Shown here: positions 25,101 through 37,307 of the stretch, piece by piece | Layout: each line of letters starts with the position of its first letter | Numbering within the stretch: position 1 is the stretch's first letter | From: Takakia lepidozioides | Lineage: Eukaryota; Plantae; Bryophyta | DNA length: 64,000 bases | Assembly (NCBI GenBank): GCA_030704615.1 | Contig: CM060731.1 | Location: 49,290,001-49,354,000, forward strand | Direction of reading: 5' to 3' | The notes under the pieces: generated by a model | The model's database searches: none | The model's input: only the letters and a program-made list of their open reading frames with translations | What the model was told of the DNA's origin: nothing | Position numbers and translations under genes: made by a program

Positions 25101-27449
25101 ATGTATAGACATTTGTATCATAATCAAATTGTGTTATCAGGATAAAGTGGGGACGTTGATGCAAAAGCTGCAACAGTCGAGCAGCCAAAACAGTTTAAAG
25201 AGTTGTTGCAATGTTGGGAGACTTTCTCCTGGTATCTAGATTCATGGTTCCATGCTATGGTGATTACCATTTAGTTCTGTGAATTTTAGGCTGCTATTCT
25301 CTTTTAAGCAAGGTTCCATCCACGCATGCAGGGACAGAGACGTCCACCTGTGCGACTAAATGTTATGGGTACAGTACTATTTGCATAGTACCACAATTAT
25401 AGTTGCTCTGGTAAGCTGAAAGTCATAGGGGATGACTTAGTATGTAGCCCACCAACTCGGCGTCCCCCAAAGCTGTGGTATTCGATCTCTAATAAGTACA
25501 GTCATCACCGTTTGTTATATTATATTGCTTGCTATATGGCATGCCTTGTCTGCCTGTTATGGATGTAGGTGGATGCAGAGGCAGCAGCAGTGAAAGGAGT
25601 GGCCGGGCGCTGTTGTCCTTTAGAGATTGAGTTGCAGCGTGTAGTGCTCACCCCTACAGGTGTGCTTCTAGGATGCTGGCAGGTGCATGTCTCTCTCACT
25701 CTCACTGCCATTCCATCATGCCAAAATGGGATTTAGAATTGCTTCATCTGCTAAGCAAACTAGATCTGAAGATACTGAGGTACCCGGACCAACCTTTTAA
25801 TGGCGTCTTATTCCAGACAGTCCTCTAGACCTTGAAAATTGATCAACTGATTGCTACAAATGCTAGGTGGTCATTCTTAATGGCCAATCCCTGTGAGCAC
25901 CTTGAATGTTTGGACTTTGGTTCTTCAAGTGGTGTTAGCACATGTGCTGAAAAATCTGTCACTTATGGTCTTGTCTGTATTTTCTCTCCATATTGCTCCA
26001 TGCAGTATGTAGACAATCTTCAGGAGTGACCTGTTGCAATGACGCAGGTAGTGAACGGCACAGATCCTGCAACAATTCGAGAAGAGCTGAGAAAGGCTCT
26101 CCCTCACTCTCCGGCGAAGCAATTTGTAAGCCCTTGCAAATCCACTCCACCGGACCATAATTTACTTTTAGTGTGCAATATGGAAATCATGTGCTTTTGG
26201 TGGTGTGGTTTTTGAATGTTTCTTGTGTGGTCTTATCTATTTTCCTGGTGGAAAGCGGAATACTTTTCCCCATTCCCTGCACTGAAATCACACTTCGACT
26301 TTGGGTAGAGAACTGCCTAATGTTATGGTAGCTTATGGGGGTGGTTGGGGTGTTTGCAGTATGATCCAGTGGTGTTGTACACTTCCTTTGCACGACTTCT
26401 GGACTTGCCAGTTATCTCTCCTCCTCAGGTATATTATAGGTGATAAATGCACATTGACTATTCCCCGTGCTTTTAGTAACAGATGAACATGAAGCAGGAA
26501 CAGGAATGCTCAAGGTAGCCAAAACTAGAAAATTGTCCACAAGATCAGATATTCAGATCTAGCAGCTCAACAAAATATTTCATGCACTTGCATTAAAGCA
26601 AATCAAATCATTTAGCCACTTGAAATTGAGCAGGAAGAAAGAAGGTTGTTTATGGGAGCCAAATAAAGGCACTGTGCTTATAGGAAATTAGATATATATG
26701 TGTCTGTGTGTGTATATATATATAGTGTGTGTGTGTGTGTACATGTACACACCTTGTACTTGAACATTCTCTCTGCTCTAAGTCTCTAATGTGTGGAGGA
26801 AGCAGTAACATGCAGCAGTCAATATAGAATGTACTCATACGATGTTGTTTGCGTAGCCTTGTGGCCATAGACCCCGTGCCTAGTTTGGGTGTAACAGTCA
26901 ATAGAGAATGAAAGCTCCCAAGTAAATTCAAACTTTATTCTTTTCCAGGAATCAGAGATGCTGTCTTTATATGACTTAATGACCAATCTGTTGTATGTAG
27001 GCCAATAGAACAGAAATGGCAATGGCAGTGTTTAAAAGACTTGTGCTGCAGTTGAATAACGACCTTTGTTCTAAGGTTACTATCATTCCATTGCCACGAT
27101 TGCGCTCCTGTTCTCTAGTCTTTCCAGTCTATGCGAGTTGCATGTGATAGTTGCTTTGCAGATGCACATTGGAGCCTCAGGTGTCAAACGTTTGTCTCAA
27201 CATTGTATGAAGCTTGTTGGTGCAGTCATAGAGGTTCTATTACACTTACTGTTTTGCTTGTTCAATTTCTTAAACTAACAAGCTGACTCATACCATATCT
27301 ATAAACTATTTATCACTTGTATGGGAGTGGGAAAGCAGGCAACAATCAGGGAGCTTTGGTACGTTGAAGAACTTGACATCTTAGCTTTGGCTTTGAAGGG
27401 AAGGATGCGGCTGCACCGATTCCCACTTCAATGCTCACAGAATGCCTAA
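22113..27449 (+). CDS. Conserved plant membrane-anchored protein (AT1G74530-like), putative 2H-phosphoesterase fold; about 9 exons
   Basis: Spliced exons give an N-terminal TM segment, VRAIVLYL, GIWYQDPRLYHFSMYHAS, CPLEIELQRVVLTPTGVLLGCWQ, GTDPATIREELRKALP, YDPVVLYTSFARLL and ELWYVEELDILALALKGRM; stop at 27447-27449. Family assignment is from memory. Confidence 0.8.
26692..26740. repeat. Compound (TA)n/(TG)n microsatellite (intronic)
   Basis: ATATATATGTGTCTGTGTGTGTATATATATATAGTGTGTGTGTGTGTGT. Confidence 0.9.
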
Positions 27450-29706
27450 GGTTTGCCTGTGAAAAATTCAGATAATGAGAACAGCTTGGACTGTCCACAA
27501 AATTAGTCTTTACCTCTCTATTTTCAAGCCTTCTATAGATTCACTATAATAAGATTTCCAAGCCAAGACTTGTTGGCTACATAATAGACCTTGAAATGAG
27601 TGGTGTCCTGGATTAATACAATCTGCACTCTGTGATCAATTGAAGGCTTTTCTTATTAAATAACAGGTCTTTTAGAAATAAGAGAGTGCCCAAAGGGTTT
27701 TGACTTCAAATACAGGTTGTGGTCGCTTGGATTTCAACCCAGATGCTGGTGGTTGCAAAATCAGGAGCAGCTTTATAGCCGCGTTTTGCTTGCGTCCCAT
27801 CCTCTATACTCGAAAACTACAACTCCGGCAATCATCCCAGTAAGGCAGTACTAGTAGATGTGAGCCCACTTACTCCAGAGTCCACATGAAGAAAAATCAG
27901 TTTACCAGAGATCTCTGTGACTATGATCAATCATATTGAAACCCTTTAAGGAATAGGACTGTCGGGTGTGTGTGTTGAAGCTGCCATTACCACTGAGATG
28001 CAAAGCTATCACGGACTTGCACTTCATGAGCTAAGATATATTGATTTACTACTCCATAATTCTTCCTGTGACTAAAACTGCTCTAGGCACTGCGACGGAA
28101 AACTACCAAAACAACTTACAAAACTTGAGGACTGCCACTATGTACAAGCTCAGTAAATTAAAGCAAGTATATCTCAGTTGGCTGGTAGATAACACGATCA
28201 TTCAGAGAACGCCTGTGGGTGGTCTTTAAGTGCATGCGAGACAATAAAGCAAAGAAAAATACATGGCATGTAGTCGCGGGAGTGGGGGAATCATCTCCCC
28301 CGTTTGATGAGAAGCCACTCTGGTGTGGATTAAAGGCTGCTTTTGAGCCAGCTCGGATTGCTTAAAGGCCCAGCATCCCTGTGACTTCGTTCATGACATG
28401 TTGCTCATAAGTTACTGTGCCTTGTGATGATACAAACTTCAGCATCGTCAACCGCAAGGTCATTTGCGGGGAAATCGCAAACAGATCAACACAACAATGG
28501 AGGAGAAGAAATGCATGATAGAAATAAACACAGCTCTCTTTCCCTGTAGTCCGAATCCCCCAGGACAATGAAGGCAGACATGGATTTTGCGAGCACTGCC
28601 AATTAAAAGAGCTATGGATAAATGTGGCTGTTTCTCGAGATCCTATTTCGCGCAACATTAGAAAATGGGAAGAAAATGGTGTGATGTTTATGAGTATACA
28701 GAACATTAAGAGGTCTCCGTGGCATATATGGTTGATTCGGCCATAACTGCAGAATGGCACGCCCCCAGATGTTTTGATACATTCTCTTGGTCTTCGAGAC
28801 AGAAATTGCAGACTCAATTTTTCCCAGGAAACTTGAGATGAGCATTGGGGCTTCTCCATTGTCTGCTGGTAGGTTCTCCATGGGACCCATTCATTGATTC
28901 CGAGTTCGATATGTTCTCAGACAACGTGTTGGTAGCTTAGGAGTGCACACTGCATATAAGTGTTGCGACTCGCGAGTTTCTGAGTCACAGTTCGGAATAT
29001 TTAGTTAATGGGAAGGTGGCCCTGCAGTCATCAACTTCTGGTCAGTCTTCTTGTTTGTGCAGACGATATTTTATAATGTATCACGTACCGTGCTGCCATT
29101 ATTTATGAGTCGGGTTCCACTGCTTTATCCTCCCCAGCTCTCTAGAGTCTTGTCTCTCCCTGCTACCCGGCGCTGTTCATTTTTCCTCCTTGCCCCTCTT
29201 CTCAGTCTAACAAGACCAGCAAAAGGCTTTCCCTAGGTAACTCCACTGATCTTGCCATTACGGACCTCTCTCTGGCTCTCTGTCTCTGTCTCTCTCTCTC
29301 GCATATACGCATTAGCAACAGGGTTCACAGAACTTACACTCACGGAACCAGGCTAGAAGCCTTACATGCCATGAACTCATCTTTTCCTTAATTACGATAC
29401 TTTCTGTTGCTTGTGTGTGTTATTGTCTATCTAGAGCAGGATAGAAGTGGTGCAAGTCCGGCACTCCACTCAACAGTATTCGTAGCGCTACTTATATCCT
29501 CTGCGTCTGTCTGTCATATTTCGAAGGGGAGAGAGAACCGTCCTTCTGCCTGGATGCACATTTGAACGCGTGCGATAGTCAGACAATTCTAGCAATTCTC
29601 TTGCTCCTAGCAACAACACAGTACCCATCAAGGAAGGACAAAGAAAGAGCAAAAAGAGGTACTATTCCTGTTTGGCTCAGGCTATATTGGCTTTCCAGAA
29701 GAGATC

Positions 29707-30222
29707 ATGGTGAGTGGCTTTCGTGAGCGCTTGGGCAGTCTTACACCCAGAAAGCGGTGGATATCAAATGATTCCCGGCATAAAAGAACCGCAAAACTCT
29801 TCTCTCCCACCCAAGACGTAACTGTGAACCAATACCCGTTCGAGAAACTCTTATCAACCGAAGAGTTCCTAAGCCTACCTGCCGAGGATGTCCCCAACTC
29901 TTCGAGGCTCGGTGCCAGTGAATCCTCGAGAAAAGCTCCCTCGAATTGTTCCCCGATGGCTACTGTAAGAATTCTCGGTTCTCCGACTACTGTCTTCTCT
30001 GTACTGAGGGAGTCCTGTGAGAAACTAGTTGATGCTGCTGCACGCCTCTCCAGCGTCAACACGAGCGAACTGTTTGTGGGTAACCAGATGCTACTGCATG
30101 TTACCGCCAGCCCCATTAGTCGGCGGGAAAAACTCGAGGCCATGCCGTCTCGTGGATTTCTGGAGGATTCGTCACGGATTGGAACGCCCCAGTGGCACAG
30201 GGCCTCGGAGCGTGAAAGATAG
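29707..30222 (+). CDS. Small intronless hypothetical protein (171 aa), possibly with a 5'-UTR intron
   Basis: ATG-initiated ORF just after a CAG acceptor-like site (~29681); Ser/Arg-rich, with a predicted helix SPTTVFSVLRESCEKLVDAAARL; no recognised domain. Confidence 0.45.
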   Translation: MVSGFRERLGSLTPRKRWISNDSRHKRTAKLFSPTQDVTVNQYPFEKLLSTEEFLSLPAEDVPNSSRLGASESSRKAPSNCSPMATVRILGSPTTVFSVLRESCEKLVDAAARLSSVNTSELFVGNQMLLHVTASPISRREKLEAMPSRGFLEDSSRIGTPQWHRASERER

Positions 30223-31394
30223 CGGCAGGGTGAATGCACTGTCGTCAACTCGGTGCAAGTGTCTCACTCAACGTTGTCCAATGTAATACAATCCGCCACG
30301 ATGAACATTGGAACATCTCAAGATGTCAGGAGTACTTTTATAATGACAAGCTCCTTCATTCGGAAAGAAACCAGCGTGTAGTAAACAGATGGAGCTGGTG
30401 GGCGAAGGTTGATGGTCTCGTGAAGTGTGTAGAAGAAGGTGAAATGTCAATGATCCTTGTTTTGAATCAATGGCCATCCGAACGAAGAGAGTACGTGCAA
30501 ATGTAGACAGGTGATAAATCATGCTGGTGAAGTGCAGCTTTGTGGAGAATTTTCTTCCCCTGAAGAATGCGGCGTTGGCCCTCCTGACTTTGTTTCGCGC
30601 TGGAAGTCATGGCCGAGATATGATCTTGGATGCGAATCCTACCGGACACTTCAATCTTGGATTTTGAACTGCATCCAGCGACGGACTGGATTTAAGCTCC
30701 ACTACGTAATGATGACCCCTTCTGGGATTGGGGCATATAAGATATGCTTCATTTTGAGCTAAGTCGCTGCACAGTTGTCAGGACCTGTAAAGTTGGTAAT
30801 TCGTTAGTTGAGAGCAAGTTGCTGATGCCTGCAAGACTACTGCGTGTGCTACTCACTCACTCATATCTGCATTTGTATTGGACATGTACACTTCTTATCT
30901 GATATCGTGTAAGACACTATATACTAATTCTGCTTTGTCTTAGCTCATAGGCCCTTGCAAGGTACACCGTGATTGCTCCTGGATCCTGATCTCTGACTTC
31001 TGCTTCCAACTAAATTCCTCCCTCCCCCTTGCAAAAGTCGGATGATGTTGTAAGCTTATATCGCCTTTCCTCTTCAACCTGCAAGCTGTTGTGGGTCTGA
31101 TTCTGAAGCTCTTGCCTCACAATCTACATTGCCCACTTCCTGTCCATGAGACTGCTGATGTAACTGACAGGCAAACTTGAGATGTTGCCACCTCTTAGTT
31201 GATTAGAAACGTTGAAGGTGCTCACTCTTCTTGAGCAATTTAGGCTGGTTGTACACCTGAGAATTCATGTAGCCATACTCAGAAATCTCCTACTTGGAAG
31301 TTCATGCAATGGGATCGTTACACTGAACATGGAACTGCTCTTCAGATGAGATTGGAAAAGCAGGTGCTGGGCTCGACAATGAGGAATTTCCAGC

Positions 31395-31555
31395 CTGCTT
31401 GCGCAACCTCCGGTGTACACAGGCAGAGGCCATAATAACCCTTCTTGTTGACGTTCCCAAGGCCTCCCCATGTGTCCACCTGACTTGGCAAACCCAAGCC
31501 CAACACTCTTGAAAGCCATTGCTATGATGCCTCCTCTGCCTGCAGGGAAACAGGA
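31395..31555 (+). pseudogene. Orphan remnant of the leader exon of the PDF-PPR family
   Basis: TTGGCAAACCC...GCCATTGCTATGATGCCTCCTCTGCCTGCAGG aligns to TTGGCAAGTCC...CCCATGGCTATGACGCCTCCCCAGCCTGCAAG (37452-37513); CAGGCAGAGGCCATA resembles CAGGGAGAGGTCATA (37318). Confidence 0.55.
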
Positions 31556-32222
31556 CAACTAGATTTTCACTTCATCGCATACCAAGCTTGAGTTGCACTA
31601 CAGCCCTTTCCCTGTCATCTCCTTCAGCATCAGTCTTAAGTGGTGATGAATGGAAAGGTTTGTCCTTCAGTTGGAGAGAGATTTCAGTGAGGACAAAAAT
31701 TTGAACGAAATTTAGTACTGCAATAAACTGTCATCCTTCCTTGTTTTGGGCTTTGGATGACACAGACACCAAGTATCATAGTATAGCACAACTGCTGTTT
31801 TGAACAAAGAGAAATACTTGATTTGCAGCATGGAATTCGAACAAAACGGTCCCAAAAGCAACCCATGCCACTGATCCATGCAGAAGGAGCGATGTGGTGG
31901 AATTATGTGTCCATGCTTTCCAGCCAGCACTAGCAATCACCCTCAAGAATTTGGGCATTCATTGGGATTCTGGGGATCCTTAGACAAAGCTTTTCATTCA
32001 TCACTTCTCTTATTCATGCCTACTGTTCCCTGCTCTCTCTAGAGAGCTCTGCAATATCGGGTTTTGTGACAGCTGCTGCTATTCAGTGATTCCCAACATG
32101 GGCAGCTCCCTGTGGTACAGACTGTTCACAATGATTGTTACAAACGAATGCTTTCATCTTTAGTATTTGCTTCCAAAAATAGTGATTCAATAAAAAAAAT
32201 CCAATCATGCATGTTGCTGCTT

Positions 32223-35200
32223 TCACCAATAATCCCCACATGAACACAACCCATCTTGGAAATGGTGAAAGCGGTTTGCATCCCGCACAACAACTACTCG
32301 TCCAACCATCTTGGAGATGAACTTGGTGGCGGTGTGGCAGTCACCACACACCCGAAGGTTCTTGATGACACGGATAGGTGTCCCAGGGGGAGTGCTGATC
32401 AGCCCAAAAGCAATTGCCAGCCTCTCACTGTGGTAATACAGAGAACCTTCCTTCCTCTCGCCCTCCACATCACCCCGCAATACAAAGCGCGTGTCAGGCA
32501 CATACCCAGCCTCCTTCATCCACCCAGACAACCTCTTCAGCTCAGCATGGATTTCCTCAATTCTTGGATGTGATTTGTCTTCTACAACAAATGTGTGCAC
32601 CCGCTTGTCCACCTCAATGCAGCTGCGCCCTGGTTCCTTTCTGATACCTCTGTCCTGCATCATTTTTCTGACCTTTGCTGTATCATCCCACCTGCCAGCA
32701 GCAGCATAAATATTCGATAGCAGCACATAAATTGCAGCATCCTGTGGATTCCCCTTGAGAAGGCATTTTGCAGCACGTTCTGCTACCTCGACATTACCAT
32801 GAATTTTGCAGGCACCAAGCAAGGCCCCCCACACAGTAGCACCTGGTTCAATTGGCATGTTGATAATCAAGTCCTCTGCCTCATCCACTTGGCCTGCACG
32901 GCCAAGGAGGTCCACTATGCAGCCAAAATGCTCCACTGTGGGAATGAGTCCATGATCTTGACTGATGGATTGAAAGTAGTGGCAGGCTTCATCCACTAGG
33001 CCCACATGGCTACATGCAGAGAGCAGAGATACAAAAGTGATACCATTCGGCTTCAAGCCTTCCTGTTGCATTTGTTCAAATAATTGGAGGGCCTCCTTAC
33101 CACACCCATGCTGACCATATCCCGATATCATTGCACTCCACGAGACTACATTTCGTTGAGCCATATTTTTGAATACTTGAAGTGCATCCTTCATACTTCC
33201 GCATTTGGCATACATGTAAGCAAGTGCAGTCTCCAGGATGATATCTGGTGCAATTTTAGCATTGCTTATGTCAGCATGGACTTCTTTGCCCTTCACTAGG
33301 GCTGCCAGGTGTGCACATGCATTTAAAACACAAATGAATGTGACCTTGTCAGGTGCCACTCCTTTTTGTATCATTTGCTCATATATTTCGAAAGCCTCCT
33401 TACCACCATGCTGAGCATATCCTCCGATCATGGCATTCCATGAGACCACATCCTGTTCAGTCATATTATCAAACACTCGACGCGCATCCTTCATGTTCCC
33501 GCATTTGGCATACATGTTGACAAGGGCAGTCTCCAGAATCATATCTGCAGCTATTCCAGCTTTGATGATATCAGTATGTACCTCTTTGCCCTTTTCCATG
33601 GATGCCAAGCTTGCACACGCATTAAGAAGGCAAATGAATGTCACCTTGTCTGGTATCACTGCTTCCTGTATCATTTGCTGATAGATTTCAAATGCCTCCC
33701 TACCACACCCAGGCTGAGCATATCCTGCAATCATTGCATTCCATGAGGGCACAGTTCGTTGAGCCATATTGTCAAACACTTGACGTGCATCCTTTAAGCT
33801 CCCACATTTGGCATACATGTCAACAATGGAATTCTCGAGAATAATGTCTGGCTCAATTCCAGCTTTCATGATATGGGTGTGGACCTGTTTACCCTTTTCC
33901 AGAGCTCTTAGGCTGCCACATGCATTGAGAACGCATATAAATGTGACCTTGTCAGGCATCACCCCTTCCCATATCATATCCTCATACATCTCAAAAGCCT
34001 CCCCACCATACCCATGCTGAGCATATCCTCCAATCAGGGCATTCCATGAGATCACATCTTGTTTAGACATATTATCAAACACCTCGCGTGCTTTTTTTAT
34101 GTTCCTACATTTGGCATACATGTCGACAAGGGTATTCTCAAGAATGATATCTGGCTCAATTCCAGCTCTTACAAAGTCAGCATGCACCTCTTCACCCTTT
34201 TCCAGGACACCTTGGCTGCCACACGCATTGAGAATGCAAATGAACGTGACCCTGTCAGGTGCCACTCCTTCCTTTTTCATAAGCTCATACATCTTGATCG
34301 CCTCCTGACCACAACCCTGCTGAGCATATCCAGCGATCATTGCGTTCCATGAGACCACACTACGTTGAGACATGTTGTCAAACACTTCACGTGCATCCTT
34401 TATGCTTCTACATTTGGCATACATGTCGATGAGGGTATTCTGCAAATTTATGTATGATATAATTCCAGCTTCCATAATGTCAGCATGGACCTGCTTGCCT
34501 TTCTCTAGCACTCCTAGGCTGGCACATGCATTAAGGACACAGATGAATGTAACCTTGTCGGGCGTCACCCCTTCCCGTATCATTTGCTGATAGATCTCGA
34601 AAGCCTCTCCACCACACCCATGCTGAGCATATCCTGTGATCATCGCATTCCATGAGACCACATCACGTTGAGCCATTTTGTTAAATACCATCCGTGCATC
34701 CTTTAAGCTCCCGCATTTGGCATACATGTCAATAAGGGCAGTCTCCAGAATGACATCTTGTGCAACTCCAGCTTTGATGATGTCAGCATGGACCTCTTTG
34801 CCATTTTTCAGGGTTCCTAGGCTGGCACAGGCCTTGATAAGAGAAATGAATGTGATCTTGCTGGGCGTGACCCGTTCCTGTCTCATTTGCTGATACATCT
34901 CAAAAGCCTCCCTACCACACCCGTGCCTTGCATATCCTGCCATCATTATAGACCACGCAAACACATCTCGTTCAGGCATTTTGTCAAATGCTTGGCGTGC
35001 ATCCACCACACTCCCGCACTTGGCATACATATTGACAATGGTATTGTGTAGAAAGGAATTTGGCTTGAAACCACTTATGATAATGTGAGCGTGCACCTGC
35101 TTTCCCATTTGAAGGTCTTTAATATTGGTGCACCCTTGCAGGAGACAGACATAGGTATCAGAGTCTGCTAGAATGTCTTGTTTCTTCAAAATATGCAGTG

Positions 35201-36427
35201 CCTCTTTCAGTTGTCCTGCCCTACAGAATGTCCTCACATTCTCACAAGTTCCAGAAGAGTTCTTGCTGACTCCCTCTCTTGCTCGTCTTTCAACAGCAGC
35301 GGTCATGGTCGAAGTGCCCAACAATTGTGCCTGATTCATCTTTGCCAGCCTGCATGACTCAAAACCCTTGGTTACAAACCTTTCCAGATGAGCTCACATG
35401 ATATATCTCAAAACTCCTAGGTACTTCAAGGAAGATCCTTTCCATTAAGATAGACTTGGTGAATGTCAAAAAGGCTACAAAGCTACAGCAGCTCCCTACT
35501 TTGAGAATAAATGGGGCAATTCTATCTGTTTGAGTTGAAGCCCTGAAGCCTCACAAAACCATACCCACTGGATTCTTGGCTTGGAGCTCCATGGTGTACA
35601 TCAAGATTAGAACCATCACAATATTGTTCTTGACCTCGTATAGTGGAAACTAGCTCTGCTTTCACCCAAGGAGGGTTCATCCAACTCTCAATCCAAAGGG
35701 CTTCATTTGAGGGCTTATGTCTGAAGTCTGCTGATCTTGGACTTCTCTGTAAAACAGCAGGGAACACCTTGAACAGCCTCCTTTAGACAGTGTAGACCAC
35801 TTTTGCTGCTTCCTTCCGTGAAGAGAAAATTGACATTAATTTAACCAACTCCAGATCCAACAGTATTGTGCCAGGTTCAGTCACAAGCCCTTGACGAACA
35901 ATTTCCTGTCCTTATGAAGCTAGCCTCACCTTATCAAACCTGTTGTCCCACCAGTGCGCAGGATCTGAAAAGAACTCCTGCCATAGTCGTTCTGTGTGTT
36001 CCTTGTCCATTGCTTGACCTGTGTGAATGCAGTGATAGACCCTGTGAACCCGCTTCGTCTCACCCTCTATTGAGAGGCTTTAGTGTCTAAACGTTTAAGC
36101 AGCCCCTAATTGGCCTGGGTCCTACCGAGGAAGGCTACGCTTTCCATAAAATCCACTTCAATGGCTGTAAAGGAAATCTGCCTCCTCTAGGTCTCTCTCA
36201 TACACTGGATGGAAAGAAATACGAGTATCAAGAAATTGCAGATATTTCCGGAGGTGATCGAAGGCGTAGAAGATGTTCATCACATTCCTGAAGTTAGAGG
36301 AAATGGGTGAAAGTACTTGTTGAGATGGGTCGAGGACAGATTTTCAGGGACCGAAATTTTCCGTCAAGAATTACGTACTTGTACCTTCCTGCAGTATCCC
36401 TGGAGGCTCGGGAGGGGCAATTGTCAT
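32223..36427 (-). CDS. Intact PLS-PPR-DYW C-to-U RNA editing factor (23 PPR motifs, E1, E2, DYW) with an N-terminal OSB-type PDF motif; exons (36427-36385), 36018-35930, 35746-35565, 35349-32223
   Basis: 1038-aa ORF L-S-(PLS)6-P2L2S2-E1E2-DYW with PG box, HSERLA, CGDCH and CSCGDYW. Upstream GT-AG exons splice in frame to add MDKEHTERLWQEFFSDPAHWWDNRFDK|RSPRSADFRHKPSNEALWIESWMNPPWVKAEL...SSG|LAK. The true start codon (36427 or 36010) is uncertain. Confidence 0.92.
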
Positions 36428-37307
36428 CACTCGCAAAGGTCTCGGGCACTGCATTGCCCAAGCTCGAGATCCCATTCCACTCCACAGCCTGGCCCGTTAA
36501 TGTGAGACAAGATGTGAGGCTTCCTGCTCTTTCACAACAAGGAGAAGACATGACCTTGGCTACGGTCTCTCCCTGCGAGTTGAGGAGCGGACCGCGCTGC
36601 CATTCATTTGCCTGCTTGATAGAGCTAAGACGAATCGGGAAGCAAGACCAACAAAGCAACTACAACGCACAATTAGGTGGTTGTGCTGGCTTGGTCCAAG
36701 CCAACTGCAGTCGTAACTGTGGACCTTGTAGACCACCAGATAGAAGTGCTAAACCCAAATTACGAGGAGAAGCCCAGAGGGATTCCATGACATAGAAGCA
36801 AGTGACGGGCACACATCTACAATAAATGGACAGAGGCTCAAGGCAAGAATTGGACTGGGCAAGAAATCCGACTGTAGCATGTACTTGGGCTACCTTTTTA
36901 TCCGATGCTAACTGCTCATCGGGGCTTTCTAGAGTTTCAGCTCCCACATTCACCGGGAATGCCTCTTCGGATAAAGCGTGGTTACTTTCGCTTGCGGCCC
37001 GCTTAGAAGACAGGTGAGAGAGAGATTAACATTTCCTCTTTCACTGTCGTCTCTGATCTCCTTAATGCAACACATCGGTGAGGGATTGACGTTTCTAAAT
37101 AGACATTAATAGCGGCTATGAAAATATATTACATGAGGCCGTCTTCCTTGGAGAATCTCTTCAAGTGAATCGTAGTTTTCGGGCTGTTGGTTGGGACCCC
37201 ACTTTCTTCCTCAATATTATATTCTGTTTTCTATTGTCAAGCTCTTGAGCTTTCCGTGGACGGTATAGAGTTTCTGCCTATCTCCTCTTGCCTCCGCGGG
37301 CACAGTG

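Noticed and set aside
28362-28890. 165-aa and 92-aa minus-strand ORFs
   Set aside because: No motif, splice partner or coding-like composition recognised.
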